62,243 nt of DNA, filler included, from a bacterium (GCA_043817485.1; 4 parts of 4 records of this genome joined end to end with filler, not necessarily neighbours in it), one strand, 5' to 3'; positions 22,838 through 35,143 are shown, numbered from the whole stretch's first letter. A program made the numbers and translations. The notes: generated by a model from the sequence alone, not told the origin.

Positions 22838-23042
22838 TTTTCGCTGTTTTTTTTCTTTTTTTCTGGTTTGGCAAAAACTATTACTTAAATTCCACTTTAA
22901 TACTTAACTTTGCTCCTTATAAAATTAGAATTTATAACGAATTACGATGTTTTAGGTTAACTTCTTGATTTTACAAACGTTACATCTAATTATCGTTTAT
23001 TTTGTACCAAATCTGCTGAATTGATTTATTAGGTGTTTTATT

Positions 23043-23312
23043 TTATTCTTCCATCCAATCAGGTAACGGATTACCTGTAGCTTCTGCATAGAGAGTTTCC
23101 GGAGCAATATCTATTTCATTTTGCCATGTTAAAATACCCAGTTCTATATTTACTTCAAAATGACGAAAAAAGTTAATATCTTTAAAACGGTTAAATACCC
23201 CTCCTCTATTTAAATATTTTGAAAAATCCATTATTCCTTTTTCCTTATTATCAAACTCAATTTCAATTTTATAATCTTCTTTATAATTTGCGGAAATTAC
23301 ATCATGAATCAT
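23043..23312 (-). CDS. DUF2442-family protein (antitoxin-like partner of DUF4160)
   Basis: YKIEIEFDN...LTWQNEIDIAPETLY pattern; downstream of DUF4160. Confidence 0.8.
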   Translation of the reverse strand: MIHDVISANYKEDYKIEIEFDNKEKGIMDFSKYLNRGGVFNRFKDINFFRHFEVNIELGILTWQNEIDIAPETLYAEATGNPLPDWMEE

Positions 23313-23324
23313 CTTCCACTCCTT

Positions 23325-23585
23325 TTATATCAATGGTTGTATTTTTGACAAAGGTTGTTCTTCTCTTGCTGATTCCCAGTTATGTATTAATTCTTTTTGA
23401 TGTTGACAAGCCCATTCCATGACAAAACCTAAAATACGCGGGGAAATTTTTCCTTCAATAACCCGTAATGAACTAATCTCAATAGCTACATAATCTTTTC
23501 CATATCTTGCATGAAAATGTGGTGGATTATGTTCATCAAAATACATTGAAATAATAATTCCAAAAAATCTGGAAATTTCAGGCAT
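23325..23585 (-). CDS. DUF4160-family protein (putative toxin)
   Basis: MPEISRFFGIIISMYFDEHNPPHFHARYG. Confidence 0.88.
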   Translation of the reverse strand: MPEISRFFGIIISMYFDEHNPPHFHARYGKDYVAIEISSLRVIEGKISPRILGFVMEWACQHQKELIHNWESAREEQPLSKIQPLI

Positions 23586-23744
23586 AAAACTTTTCCTTTT
23601 TTATTTATCACACCTAATCATAAAAATAACTTGCTACTTATCTGTTTCATTTTTTTGTTTGCCGAAATATTGTAAATTTAATGGATTGAAAATCTTAATT
23701 TGTCAAACTAAATTTATGTCAAAAGGTTAATTAGCAACAAGATA

Positions 23745-24812
23745 TTAACAACTAATTGCTTTTAAAATTTGTTTTAAATTTGGAGAAACAATTAGAGGTT
23801 TTTGAGTTTGGGCAAAAGATGTTTCTGGATCTTTTAATCCATTTCCAGTAAGAATACAAACAATAATAGGTTTTTGTTTTAAAGGTTTATTGAAAAATCC
23901 ATTTGCATTTAACTTAATCAAGCCAGCTATTCCTGCAGCAGAAGCAGGTTCAACAAAAATACCTTCTAATTTAGCCACCATTTTATAAGCATTTAATATT
24001 TCTTCATCAGAAACGCAATCTATTAACCCATTAGATTCTTTTATTGCTTTTAAAGCTTGTTGCCAACTTGCTGGATTACCTATTTTTATGGCTGTAGCAA
24101 TAGTTTTTGGATTTTTAACTGGATGTCCTAAAACAATAGGAGCTGATCCTTTTGCTTGCCAACCCATCATTTTAGGTTTATTTTTTATTTTTTTAGCATC
24201 GTAATATTCATTATATCCTTTCCAATATGCAGTAATATTTCCAGCATTTCCTACAGGCATAAATTGATAATCTGGATTTTTGCCTAAAAAATCACAAATT
24301 TCAAAAGCACCAGTTTTTTGTCCTTCTATTCTAAAAGGATTTAAAGAATTTACTAAAACAAAAGGATATTTTGTTGTAATTTCTTTTACTAAAGAAAGTG
24401 CTTTGTCAAAATTTCCTTTTATAGATATAACTTGTGCATTATATATAAGGGCTTGAGCCAATTTGCCTTTTGCAATATTTCCTTCAGGAATAAGAACAAC
24501 ACTTTTAATGCCAGCCCGTGCTGCATAAGCTGATGCTGATGCTGAAGTATTTCCAGTAGAAGCACATATTATTACATTAAAACCTTGTTCTATAGCTTTA
24601 GAAACAGCTAATGTCATTCCTCTATCTTTAAAAGATCCAGTAGGATTACATCCTTCGTATTTTAAAAATATTTTTAAATTTTTATTGATGGCATTTGTTA
24701 AATTATTTGCTTCAATTAAAGGAGTATTTCCTTCTTGTAATGAAATAATAGGAGTTTTTTTTGTTATGGGAAGATATTGTTTATATTTATCAATAATTCC
24801 GAGATATTTCAA
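23745..24812 (-). CDS. thrC: Threonine synthase
   Basis: EGNTPL, NPTGSFKDRG, ASTGNTS, GNGLKD; start moved to TTG at 24812 after AGGAGG. Confidence 0.95.
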   Translation of the reverse strand: MKYLGIIDKYKQYLPITKKTPIISLQEGNTPLIEANNLTNAINKNLKIFLKYEGCNPTGSFKDRGMTLAVSKAIEQGFNVIICASTGNTSASASAYAARAGIKSVVLIPEGNIAKGKLAQALIYNAQVISIKGNFDKALSLVKEITTKYPFVLVNSLNPFRIEGQKTGAFEICDFLGKNPDYQFMPVGNAGNITAYWKGYNEYYDAKKIKNKPKMMGWQAKGSAPIVLGHPVKNPKTIATAIKIGNPASWQQALKAIKESNGLIDCVSDEEILNAYKMVAKLEGIFVEPASAAGIAGLIKLNANGFFNKPLKQKPIIVCILTGNGLKDPETSFAQTQKPLIVSPNLKQILKAISC

Positions 24813-24868
24813 ATAGACCTCCTTTTGTTTTTCTAATTTTTCAATTGAAATTTTTTTTATAGATATGG

Positions 24869-24969
24869 TTTCAACCGAATCCTTAAGGGTTCGGTTGACC
24901 ACACATATTGCTCTACCATCTTTCTCTTTCAACCGAATCCTTAAGGTGTTCGGTTGAGGTTGAGGTTGA
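24869..24969. repeat. Pair of ~30-bp hairpins TTTCAACCGAATCCTTAAGG(T)GTTCGGTTGA separated by 28 bp, followed by GGTTGA hexamers
   Basis: Copies at 24869-24898 and 24927-24957 between hom and thrC. Confidence 0.8.
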
Positions 24970-24980
24970 AAATTCTAATT

Positions 24981-26261
24981 CTATAAATTTTTTTCTACCC
25001 TAATTTTTAAAGTTTTTTCTTTAATTGCTGGAAGTTTATCAATTAATTCTAATGCTATTCTTAAATTTTTTTCTTTTGCTTCATAAAGCATCATAATAAT
25101 AGGAACTTTATTTTTTTGATGTTTTTCTTTTTGAATTACAGAAGAAATGCTAATATTATTTTGTCCTAAAATATTCGCAATTTGAGATAAAACACCGGGC
25201 TTATCTTCAGTTATAAATCTTAAATAATATTTAGTAGATATTTCTTGAATATCAATAATTTTTGATGTTTCTTCTATTAAAGGGGAAATCAATCCTTTTC
25301 TTGAAGATATGTTCACTATATCACTTATAACAGCACTTGCTGTTGGTAAAGATCCAGCTCCTAATCCATAAAACATCATTTCTCCAACAGCATCACCTTT
25401 AATACAAATTCCATTAAATGTTCCATTTATTTTTGCTAAAGCACTTGTTTTAGGAATTAAGGTTGGATGTACTCTAATATCTAATTTTTCTTCATAATTT
25501 TTAGCAATAGCAAGTAATTTTAAAGAAAATCCGAGTTCATCAATATTTTGAAGATCATTAAAAGTAATTTCTGAAATTCCTTCAGTATAAATTTTGTTAA
25601 AAGGAATATTTGTTCCAAAAGCTATCATAGATAAAATAGAAATTTTATGAGCAGTATCTATTCCTTCTATATCTAAATAAGGATTTTTTTCTGCAAATCC
25701 TTGAGATTGTGCTTCCAAAAGAGCTTCTTTAAAACTTTTTTCTTTTTCTTTCATTTGAGTTAAAATATAATTGCAAGTACCATTTAATATTCCCCATATG
25801 GTTTCAATTTTATTTCCTACTAAAGATTCTTGTAAAATTTTTATAATAGGAATACCTCCAGCAACACTTGCTTCAAACCCAATTTCTTTCTTTTTTAAAA
25901 AAGCTGTTTTAAAAATATCTAAACCATGTTCTGATAAAAGAGCTTTATTTGCAGTAACTATGGATTTGCCTTGTTCTAATGCTTTCAAAATATAGTTTTT
26001 TGCGGGATTAATTCCTCCAATTAATTCAATTACAATATCTATTTCTGGATCAAGCAATATATCGTCTGCTTTTGTAGAAAGCAATTTTTTATTTATATTT
26101 ATTCCTCTTGAAGAAGAAATATCTTTATCAACTATTTTTTTTAAAATAATCTCTTGGCCAGTTCTTTTTTCTATTATTTTTTTATTTTGCTCTAATAATT
26201 TTACAACACCAGATCCAATTGTTCCAAATCCTATTAAACCAAGAGATACTACTTTTTTCAT
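24981..26261 (-). CDS. hom: Homoserine dehydrogenase with ACT domain
   Basis: GFGTIGSG, VTANKA, FEASVAGGIP, NGTCNYIL, DKPGVL ACT domain. Confidence 0.96.
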   Translation of the reverse strand: MKKVVSLGLIGFGTIGSGVVKLLEQNKKIIEKRTGQEIILKKIVDKDISSSRGININKKLLSTKADDILLDPEIDIVIELIGGINPAKNYILKALEQGKSIVTANKALLSEHGLDIFKTAFLKKKEIGFEASVAGGIPIIKILQESLVGNKIETIWGILNGTCNYILTQMKEKEKSFKEALLEAQSQGFAEKNPYLDIEGIDTAHKISILSMIAFGTNIPFNKIYTEGISEITFNDLQNIDELGFSLKLLAIAKNYEEKLDIRVHPTLIPKTSALAKINGTFNGICIKGDAVGEMMFYGLGAGSLPTASAVISDIVNISSRKGLISPLIEETSKIIDIQEISTKYYLRFITEDKPGVLSQIANILGQNNISISSVIQKEKHQKNKVPIIMMLYEAKEKNLRIALELIDKLPAIKEKTLKIRVEKNL

Positions 26262-27170
26262 TTAAACCTCTTCAAAATGAGTAAGCTTTTTAAATTCTTT
26301 AAATCGATATTCAATTTCATCATTTGTTAAAGTAAGTAATCTGTTTAAACTAAAATCTTCTACATTAAAAGATGCCATAACACTACCATAAATAACAGCT
26401 CTTTTTAAATTATCTTCACTAATATCATTTTTTTTATCCAAATATCCTGCAAATCCACCACCAAAAACATCTCCAGCACCAGTAGGATCATAAACATCTT
26501 CTAAAGGATAGCCAATAGTAGCAAAATGAAAATCTTTAGAAACAATTACAACACCATGTTCACCTTTTTTTACAACTACTATTTTAATTCCTGATTGTAA
26601 AATACTTCTAATACATTTTATTATATTATGTTCTTCACATAATTGTCTAAGTTCACCTTCATTTAACATTAAAATATCTATTTTTTTTAATAATTTAATA
26701 ATGCTATTTTTTTTATTTTGTATCCAATGATCCATTGTATCGCAAATAACTAAATTAGGTCTTTTAATTTGATTTAAAATTTCATCTTGTAAATCAGGAT
26801 CTATGTTTGCTAAAAATAAAGTTTTTGAATCTTTATAACTTTCTGGGATATGAGGATGAAAATCAGAAAATACATTGAGTTCCACAGCAAGTGTTTCTCT
26901 ATTACTTAAATCGTAATCATATTTCCCAGACCACCTAAAAGTTTTACCAGATTTTTTTTCTAATCCTTGTATATCAATATCCCTTTTTTGAAGTATTTCA
27001 ACATATTCCTTAGGAAAATCTTCTCCTATAATTGCTATCATTTTAACTTTAGTGAAATAACTTGCAGCATAAGAAAAATATGTAGCAGAACCTCCTAATA
27101 AATCTTTTCCTTGGCCAAAAGGAGTTTCAACATTATCTAAAGCAACAGAACCTACTACTAAAATACTCAT
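26262..27170 (-). CDS. PfkB-family carbohydrate/nucleoside kinase
   Basis: GSVALD, GGSA, DPTGAGDVFGGG signature. Confidence 0.88.
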   Translation of the reverse strand: MSILVVGSVALDNVETPFGQGKDLLGGSATYFSYAASYFTKVKMIAIIGEDFPKEYVEILQKRDIDIQGLEKKSGKTFRWSGKYDYDLSNRETLAVELNVFSDFHPHIPESYKDSKTLFLANIDPDLQDEILNQIKRPNLVICDTMDHWIQNKKNSIIKLLKKIDILMLNEGELRQLCEEHNIIKCIRSILQSGIKIVVVKKGEHGVVIVSKDFHFATIGYPLEDVYDPTGAGDVFGGGFAGYLDKKNDISEDNLKRAVIYGSVMASFNVEDFSLNRLLTLTNDEIEYRFKEFKKLTHFEEV

Positions 27171-27308
27171 TTAATATTTATTATCCTTTCTTGATTTTTA
27201 CTATTCGTTGAAAATTTTATTATCATTAATGGACAATTTACAGCAATTTCAATAAATTGCAAATTCATTAAAAATTATTACTGGCAAACTTTATCTATTT
27301 CGTAAAGA

Positions 27309-27938
27309 TTACATTGGTTTACTCTTTAAAAATGGGAAAAAATTCATACTACAAGAAATCCCTTGTCTATTGTCATATTCAAGTGAGAAAAACATTTTAT
27401 TTTTTATAGAAAAACTACTTATTCCAATTCCAAAAATAAGATTAATTTTAGAATTAGATGATTGTTCATAATAATATTTAGTAATGTTTGATTTGGTGAG
27501 ATTAATTTCCCTTGAAACAGATAATCCACCTAATGCAAAAATAAATATATTTTTGTTTTTTATACTCCCTAAACTATATTTTCCTAATAGAATCTGTTCG
27601 TTATCTTGTTTCGTACCTATTTTGGTATAGTTACTATTAGGACAGGGGTATTTGTATGTATCAAATGGAATATTATTATTAAGAGGATAGATAAATTTAT
27701 AATCTATGGCAATAAGGGAACGGTTATGTTTTTTAGTTGTTGAGAATTTTCCCAATTCAAGAATTAGGTTATAAGTATTAGGTTTTGGGCTTGCCCCAAA
27801 TCCTGCAGAAAAATATTCAAAAGTCTCGATAGAAGAAATATCATTTCTTTCGTCTTTTGTAAAAAAATATCCTTTTGCAAATGTGGTCATTGAAAAAATT
27901 AAAAAACAAATAACAAATAAATTTACAATTTTTCTCAT
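27309..27938 (-). CDS. Hypothetical secreted/outer-membrane protein
   Basis: 209-aa ORF with signal peptide and beta-strand-like segments. Confidence 0.6.
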   Translation of the reverse strand: MRKIVNLFVICFLIFSMTTFAKGYFFTKDERNDISSIETFEYFSAGFGASPKPNTYNLILELGKFSTTKKHNRSLIAIDYKFIYPLNNNIPFDTYKYPCPNSNYTKIGTKQDNEQILLGKYSLGSIKNKNIFIFALGGLSVSREINLTKSNITKYYYEQSSNSKINLIFGIGISSFSIKNKMFFSLEYDNRQGISCSMNFFPFLKSKPM

Positions 27939-28052
27939 ATTTTTTTTTCTTGTTTAACAATGATTGAACAGAAAACTATCTAAACTTTATAAAGGTAGAT
28001 TTTTTGTCTAAACTAAGCATTTAAAATAATTATTTGCTCTAATTCTTCATGA

Positions 28053-28128
28053 CAATAATGCCACCCCTTCGGGGTTTAATGGTAATTATCTGATAATTGC
28101 TATAATAATGTCAGCCCTTCGGGCTTTA
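28053..28128. repeat. REP-like doublet AATAATG(C/T)CA(C/G)CCCTTCGGG(G/C)TTTA
   Basis: Two similar TTCG-loop hairpins in direct orientation. Confidence 0.7.
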
Positions 28129-28155
28129 GTATGTGGAAATAACCCAATAAAAAAT

Positions 28156-28473
28156 TTAAAGTAGTCTTATGCCTGTTGTCAAAATTTCTTTCGCAAATGG
28201 ATTTTGCAAATTAAAATCTTTGGGTGAAAAAGGGATTACTTCTATTTTACTACTTATAGACAGTGTAATTTTTCTTATCTTGTCCTTGTCATCGATTCGA
28301 TTTCCCTCAAATATATCAGAAACTAAAGCAATATCTATGTCGCTCCATTCCTGATAATTTCCTATTGCGTAGCTGCCAAAAAGTATTGCTTCTTTTATTG
28401 GAATATTATTACGACCTAATGCTTGAAGATAGCTGATGACAGTATTTTTTACTTTAGCAGGGATCTGATCCAT
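28156..28473 (-). CDS. Minimal nucleotidyltransferase (MNT antitoxin-like)
   Basis: LFGSYA...SDIDIA motif; overlaps a HEPN gene. Confidence 0.88.
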   Translation of the reverse strand: MDQIPAKVKNTVISYLQALGRNNIPIKEAILFGSYAIGNYQEWSDIDIALVSDIFEGNRIDDKDKIRKITLSISSKIEVIPFSPKDFNLQNPFAKEILTTGIRLL

Positions 28474-28706
28474 GTATAAGACTCCTTTATTTTAGATAAA
28501 TATTCGTTTGCATATTCTGCATTGCATTGTTTATAAAATTCTAACTTATAGTCAGGGTAACGCATCTGAATATTAAAATCATTTATTTTGTCTAAAAGGA
28601 ATTTCTGCTCGTCATCTATTTCTATTTTAGATAATTCTGCTAATCTTACAAGATTATGAATTTTTGGAGGCATATTATTATCATTTCTATCGACGAATAC
28701 CGCCTT
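28449..28706 (-). CDS. HEPN-domain protein, 5' end cut by contig gap
   Basis: PPKIHNLVRL and RYPD motifs. Confidence 0.82.
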   Translation of the reverse strand, partial: KAVFVDRNDNNMPPKIHNLVRLAELSKIEIDDEQKFLLDKINDFNIQMRYPDYKLEFYKQCNAEYANEYLSKIKESYTWIRSLLK

Positions 28707-28806
28707 NNNNNNNNNNNNNNNNNNNNNNNNNNNNNNNNNNNNNNNNNNNNTTAATTAATTAANNNNNNNNNNNNNNNNNNNNNNNNNNNNNNNNNNNNNN
28801 NNNNNN
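28707..28806. other. Artificial contig linker (N run with TTAATTAATTAA)
   Basis: Same 100-nt structure with all-frame stop spacer occurs three times. Confidence 0.97.
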
Positions 28807-31589
<2,783 letters not shown>

Positions 31590-31598
31590 ATTTAATTT

Positions 31599-31636
31599 AA
31601 AAAAAAAGCAATATTAGCAATAATATTGCTTTTTTT
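31599..31636 (+). terminator. Terminator-like hairpin immediately after 23S
   Basis: AAGCAATATTA-GCAA-TAATATTGCTT followed by a T run. Confidence 0.65.
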
Positions 31637-31841
31637 ATTAAAGAGCATTATGTTTTATTTTCAAGTGGTGGTTATAATATTCAAGGTTTTTTTAGATTAA
31701 TTAGTTCTAATAAATGGAAAATGGGAAATTGAAAATTAGAAATGATTGGAAATGGAATCTACTCTGGTGTTCTGATGACTGGTGCTCTATTATTATTGAA
31801 TTACCAAAGACTATAATTTTCCATTTTACATTTGTATCTGT

Positions 31842-31870
31842 CCTTTATTATGGAATTTTTTATACCATTG
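31842..31870 (-). repeat. IS21-like end motif, copy 1
   Basis: Reverse complement CAATGGTATAAAAAATTCCATAATAAAGG matches copies at 32707, 33227 and 34836. Confidence 0.8.
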
Positions 31871-32043
31871 ATGGTATGGATGAAAAATGCTAAAAGTGTC
31901 AGAATGTTTGCTATTAAAATTGGTATGTTCATATTCTTTTTTTCTATTTTTTATATTTAACGGTTGCTTTTGCACAACTGCTGTTATGACTCGAAGGGCA
32001 AGGTTGCGAAGCAACTGAAGAGTGGAACCCCTCAAATTAATCA

Positions 32044-32706
32044 TTAAATGTTTGTTAAAAGATCATTAAATGCCTTTTTTTCAATATTTGCAATTTTTTT
32101 AAACTTCTCGCTGGCTCTTTTTATTTTTTCTTCTATTTCTGAGTCTTTTTCAGCATTTTTAAATAACAAACCAACTTCTGAAAATATTTTACCTGATTCA
32201 TATATCTTTTTTGATACTTTTGCTAATTCTTTATTTCCGGTAATTTTTGCCGATTCTTTTAAAAATCGTGAATACATATACCTAAAACAACCACCGCCAG
32301 TTTTTCTGATTTCAATAAAAATATACAGATTAAATAAATTCATTTTTAACTCTTTATTTTTAAAAATATTAAGCCATTTTGTTATTTCTTTAGCAGTATG
32401 TTTTATTCCCTTTATTCCGATATTTTTAATAGGGGGATTAAGTTGTAATTTCACGGTTTGTTCTATTGCTGAATAAATATTTTCAGTTTTTGGGCTATGG
32501 GAATTTTTAAAATCAAATTCTAAATAAGTGTTTTTAGGAGGAAAAGGCTTATAGGATGAACTTCTTGCTTTTTTTAATTGTTCTAATGAAATTGGATAAT
32601 AAAATCCTTTTTTTAAGTCACTTGCTTTTGGATCCATATCGGAAGCTAATACAGTATCCTTACCATCAAAACCGCAGATAACAAAAGTATAAATGGTAAT
32701 CCTCCT
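32044..32706 (-). pseudogene. 5'-truncated BtrH/DUF4872-like protein
   Basis: C-terminal TGGGCFRYMYSRFLKE pattern; the ORF's N-terminal codons are read from the IS end. Confidence 0.6.
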
Positions 32707-33220
32707 CAATGGTATAATAAATTCCATAGTAAAGGCGCAAGAAAATTCCATAGTGATAGAGGTGAGAAAATGTATTTAAATCAAGAAAAAGATTGGTTTA
32801 AATACCAATGATAAAATAAACCTTTTAATGCTATGATAAATAGTATTAGGAGGTGAAAGTAAAATGTTAGGAGTCTGTATGTATATAACAATAAAAACAC
32901 TTATGGAAAAAGGAATAAATAAAAGTCAAATAGCTCATGCTACAGGGTATGATTGGAAAACAGTGGCAAAGGTGATTAGGGATATTGAAGCAGGAAAAGA
33001 ATGGCCAGAGAAGAAACCACATCCGAAAATATTAGATATATTTAAAGAAAAGATTATTCAATTAATGGAACAGGGATTAACTGGAATAAGAATACATCAG
33101 GAATTACAGAAAATAGGACTAACAGCAAGTTATTCAACAATTAAGCGTTATTTGGCAAATATTAAAAAAAAAGAAAAGATTTTTGTTAGGATTCAAACTT
33201 CTCCAGGAGAAGAAGCACAA
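32707..33220 (+). mobile_element. Truncated IS21-family element: left end plus istA 5' fragment
   Basis: End motif with tandem AAATTCCATAGT repeats followed by an IstA-like ORF. Confidence 0.8.
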
Positions 33221-33295
33221 GCCCCTCAATGGTATAATAAATTCCATAGTAAAGGGCTTAAATGGCCAATTATAACCCAAAGTAAAGTTAATTAA
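32864..33295 (+). pseudogene. istA: IS21-family transposase N-terminal fragment
   Basis: HTH (SQIAHATGYDWKTVAK), SYSTIKRY, and RIQTSPGEEAQ, cut just before the first catalytic Asp by another end-motif copy. Confidence 0.82.
33227..33255 (+). repeat. IS21-like end motif, copy 3
   Basis: Identical to 32707-32735. Confidence 0.85.
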
Positions 33296-33374
33296 AATTA
33301 TCTGAAGAACAACAAAAATATTAAATTTTATGAAAATTGGTAATTTTTTAAACATTAAAAATAACCTCCTTGCT

Positions 33375-34672
33375 TTATTTCACTAAAAATTCATTCTTAA
33401 GATGAACTATTCCTTTTGGTAAAGTGAAATATATATCAGTTCCATCTGAACTTAAAAAAACTTTTGATCCCCATCTGTCATTTTGATATCCCAATTCTTT
33501 TATTTCTTTTTTCCATAAAATTTCTTTAGATTTATTTAAAAGAAAAAGATGATATGGATTTTGAGCATCAAGTCCTACCCCTTTAATATGTCTAACAGCA
33601 CCTACAAAAATAAAATTACCATTTGCAGAAATACTAGCTGAAGTAAAACCTATGTTTAAATCACCACTACTATATTCCCATAGTAACATAGGAGAATCAA
33701 GTTGAAAAAAATATAACTTATCTTTCAAGGTTCCAATAATACAATATTTTTCATCGGGCGAAAAACTGATTATTGAGTCATAAAAATATCCAGATGAAAT
33801 ATCTTGTTTTAATATTATCTCACCCTTCTTATTAAAAATATTAATACAATCTCCCAAAGCAATAATATAATTTCCACTTGGTGAAATATCTATATCATCA
33901 TTTTCATATCCCACTTTAGTCCATAATTCATTACCATTTTTATTAAATAGTATTATTTTGCCATCTCCACTTAATACAAAATATTCTCCCTTTTTTGATA
34001 TTACTTGTTGACTATTAAATAAATTAATTTTAGGATCTACACTTTTAACTCGTACTCCCTGCAAATTATAAAAGTCTATTGTTTCTTCTTCCCACAGGTC
34101 TACTGTAACAACATTACCACTATCTAAAACATATACAATTACATCTTCACCATCAACCCCTCATTGCTCTTCCATAATGTCTTTCCTTCATCATCCATTA
34201 ATCTAAATTCTATAGATTCAGGACCTTTTTCAGTAACATTTATACTTTTTGTAATTCCAACATAATTTCCTTTCTTTGAGAGAATAACATCTCCATATGG
34301 AGCTAATACCTCTTCTCTCTTTACTTTCCCATTTTCATCCAAAAACTTTACCCTTCCACTCTCATCCAAGGCCGTACCTTTTTCATCTAAAGTTTGAATT
34401 GCTTTCTCTGTTACCACCACCTTTGGATACTGCACCTTCACTTTTTCTGTTTCCTTTTTTTGTTCCAATCCCTTCATCCCTAAAGCCATTGCCTCTTTTA
34501 CAGTCATCTCTGCCTCACCAAAAATAACATCAACAATCGGCTCATCACACTTATACTCCATCACGGGCTTGAGCTCTATTGTTTGCGTTTCTGTTCCTTG
34601 TGCAAATTCTCCCATACTTTCAAACATCAATATTGCTAAAAAACAAATCATTCCATAAATTATTTTCTTCAT
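33375..34672 (-). pseudogene. Secreted beta-propeller (WD40/PQQ-like) protein split by a frameshift near 34157-34160
   Basis: ORFs 34139-34672 and 33375-34064 fuse if one G is added to a G4 run; repeats such as DISPSG, SFSPDE, SISANG. Confidence 0.65.
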
Positions 34673-34835
34673 CTCTTATTTCTCCTTTTTTTATGAATTT
34701 TCTTTATAAATTTTTTTGATTTTACTTATATTTTTTAATCTTGTCAAACATTTGCATTTTTTTTATCATCCTTCTTAACATTTTTTTCAATTAAAATTTC
34801 ACATTTTCCATTTTCCATTTCCCTTTTGTATCTAT

Positions 34836-34869
34836 CCTTTACTATGGAATTTTTTATACCATTGCGACA
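34836..34869 (-). repeat. IS21-like end motif, copy 4, with terminal TG
   Basis: Reverse complement TGTCGCAATGGTATAAAAAATTCCATAGTAAAGG. Confidence 0.8.
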
Positions 34870-35009
34870 AGGTTTTTTCTTTTTTACAAGAGAATTTATG
34901 AGTTTTCTCACAGTGGACGTTATTTAATAATTACTATTTATTTTTTATGGATTTTTTTAAAATAATTTGACAAATAGAAGATTTTATACTTTATTTTTGT
35001 AATTATTTA

Positions 35010-35112
35010 TATCAAGTTGCAATTAAAAATAAAATATTGCAAACTATCAAATATTTCAAATATATTTTTTTGATTTTTTTTTATTTTATATGCTTTTGTT
35101 TGCAACTTAGTA
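35010..35112. repeat. Degenerate TIR-bounded element related to the ERIC-like family
   Basis: TATCAAGTTGCAA ... TTGCAACTTAGTA ends, AT-rich interior. Confidence 0.55.
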
Positions 35113-35143
35113 TTATACAATTATTTAAAGGAGACTTTTAAAA

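Noticed and set aside
24813-24932. N-terminal extension of ThrC
   Set aside because: It runs through the repeat unit; a strong RBS supports the TTG at 24812.
24869-24957. CRISPR array
   Set aside because: Only two repeats, strongly palindromic, with no cas genes or leader evident.
28707-28806. TTAATTAATTAA as a biological repeat
   Set aside because: It is a contig-joining spacer inside N runs, identical at three places.
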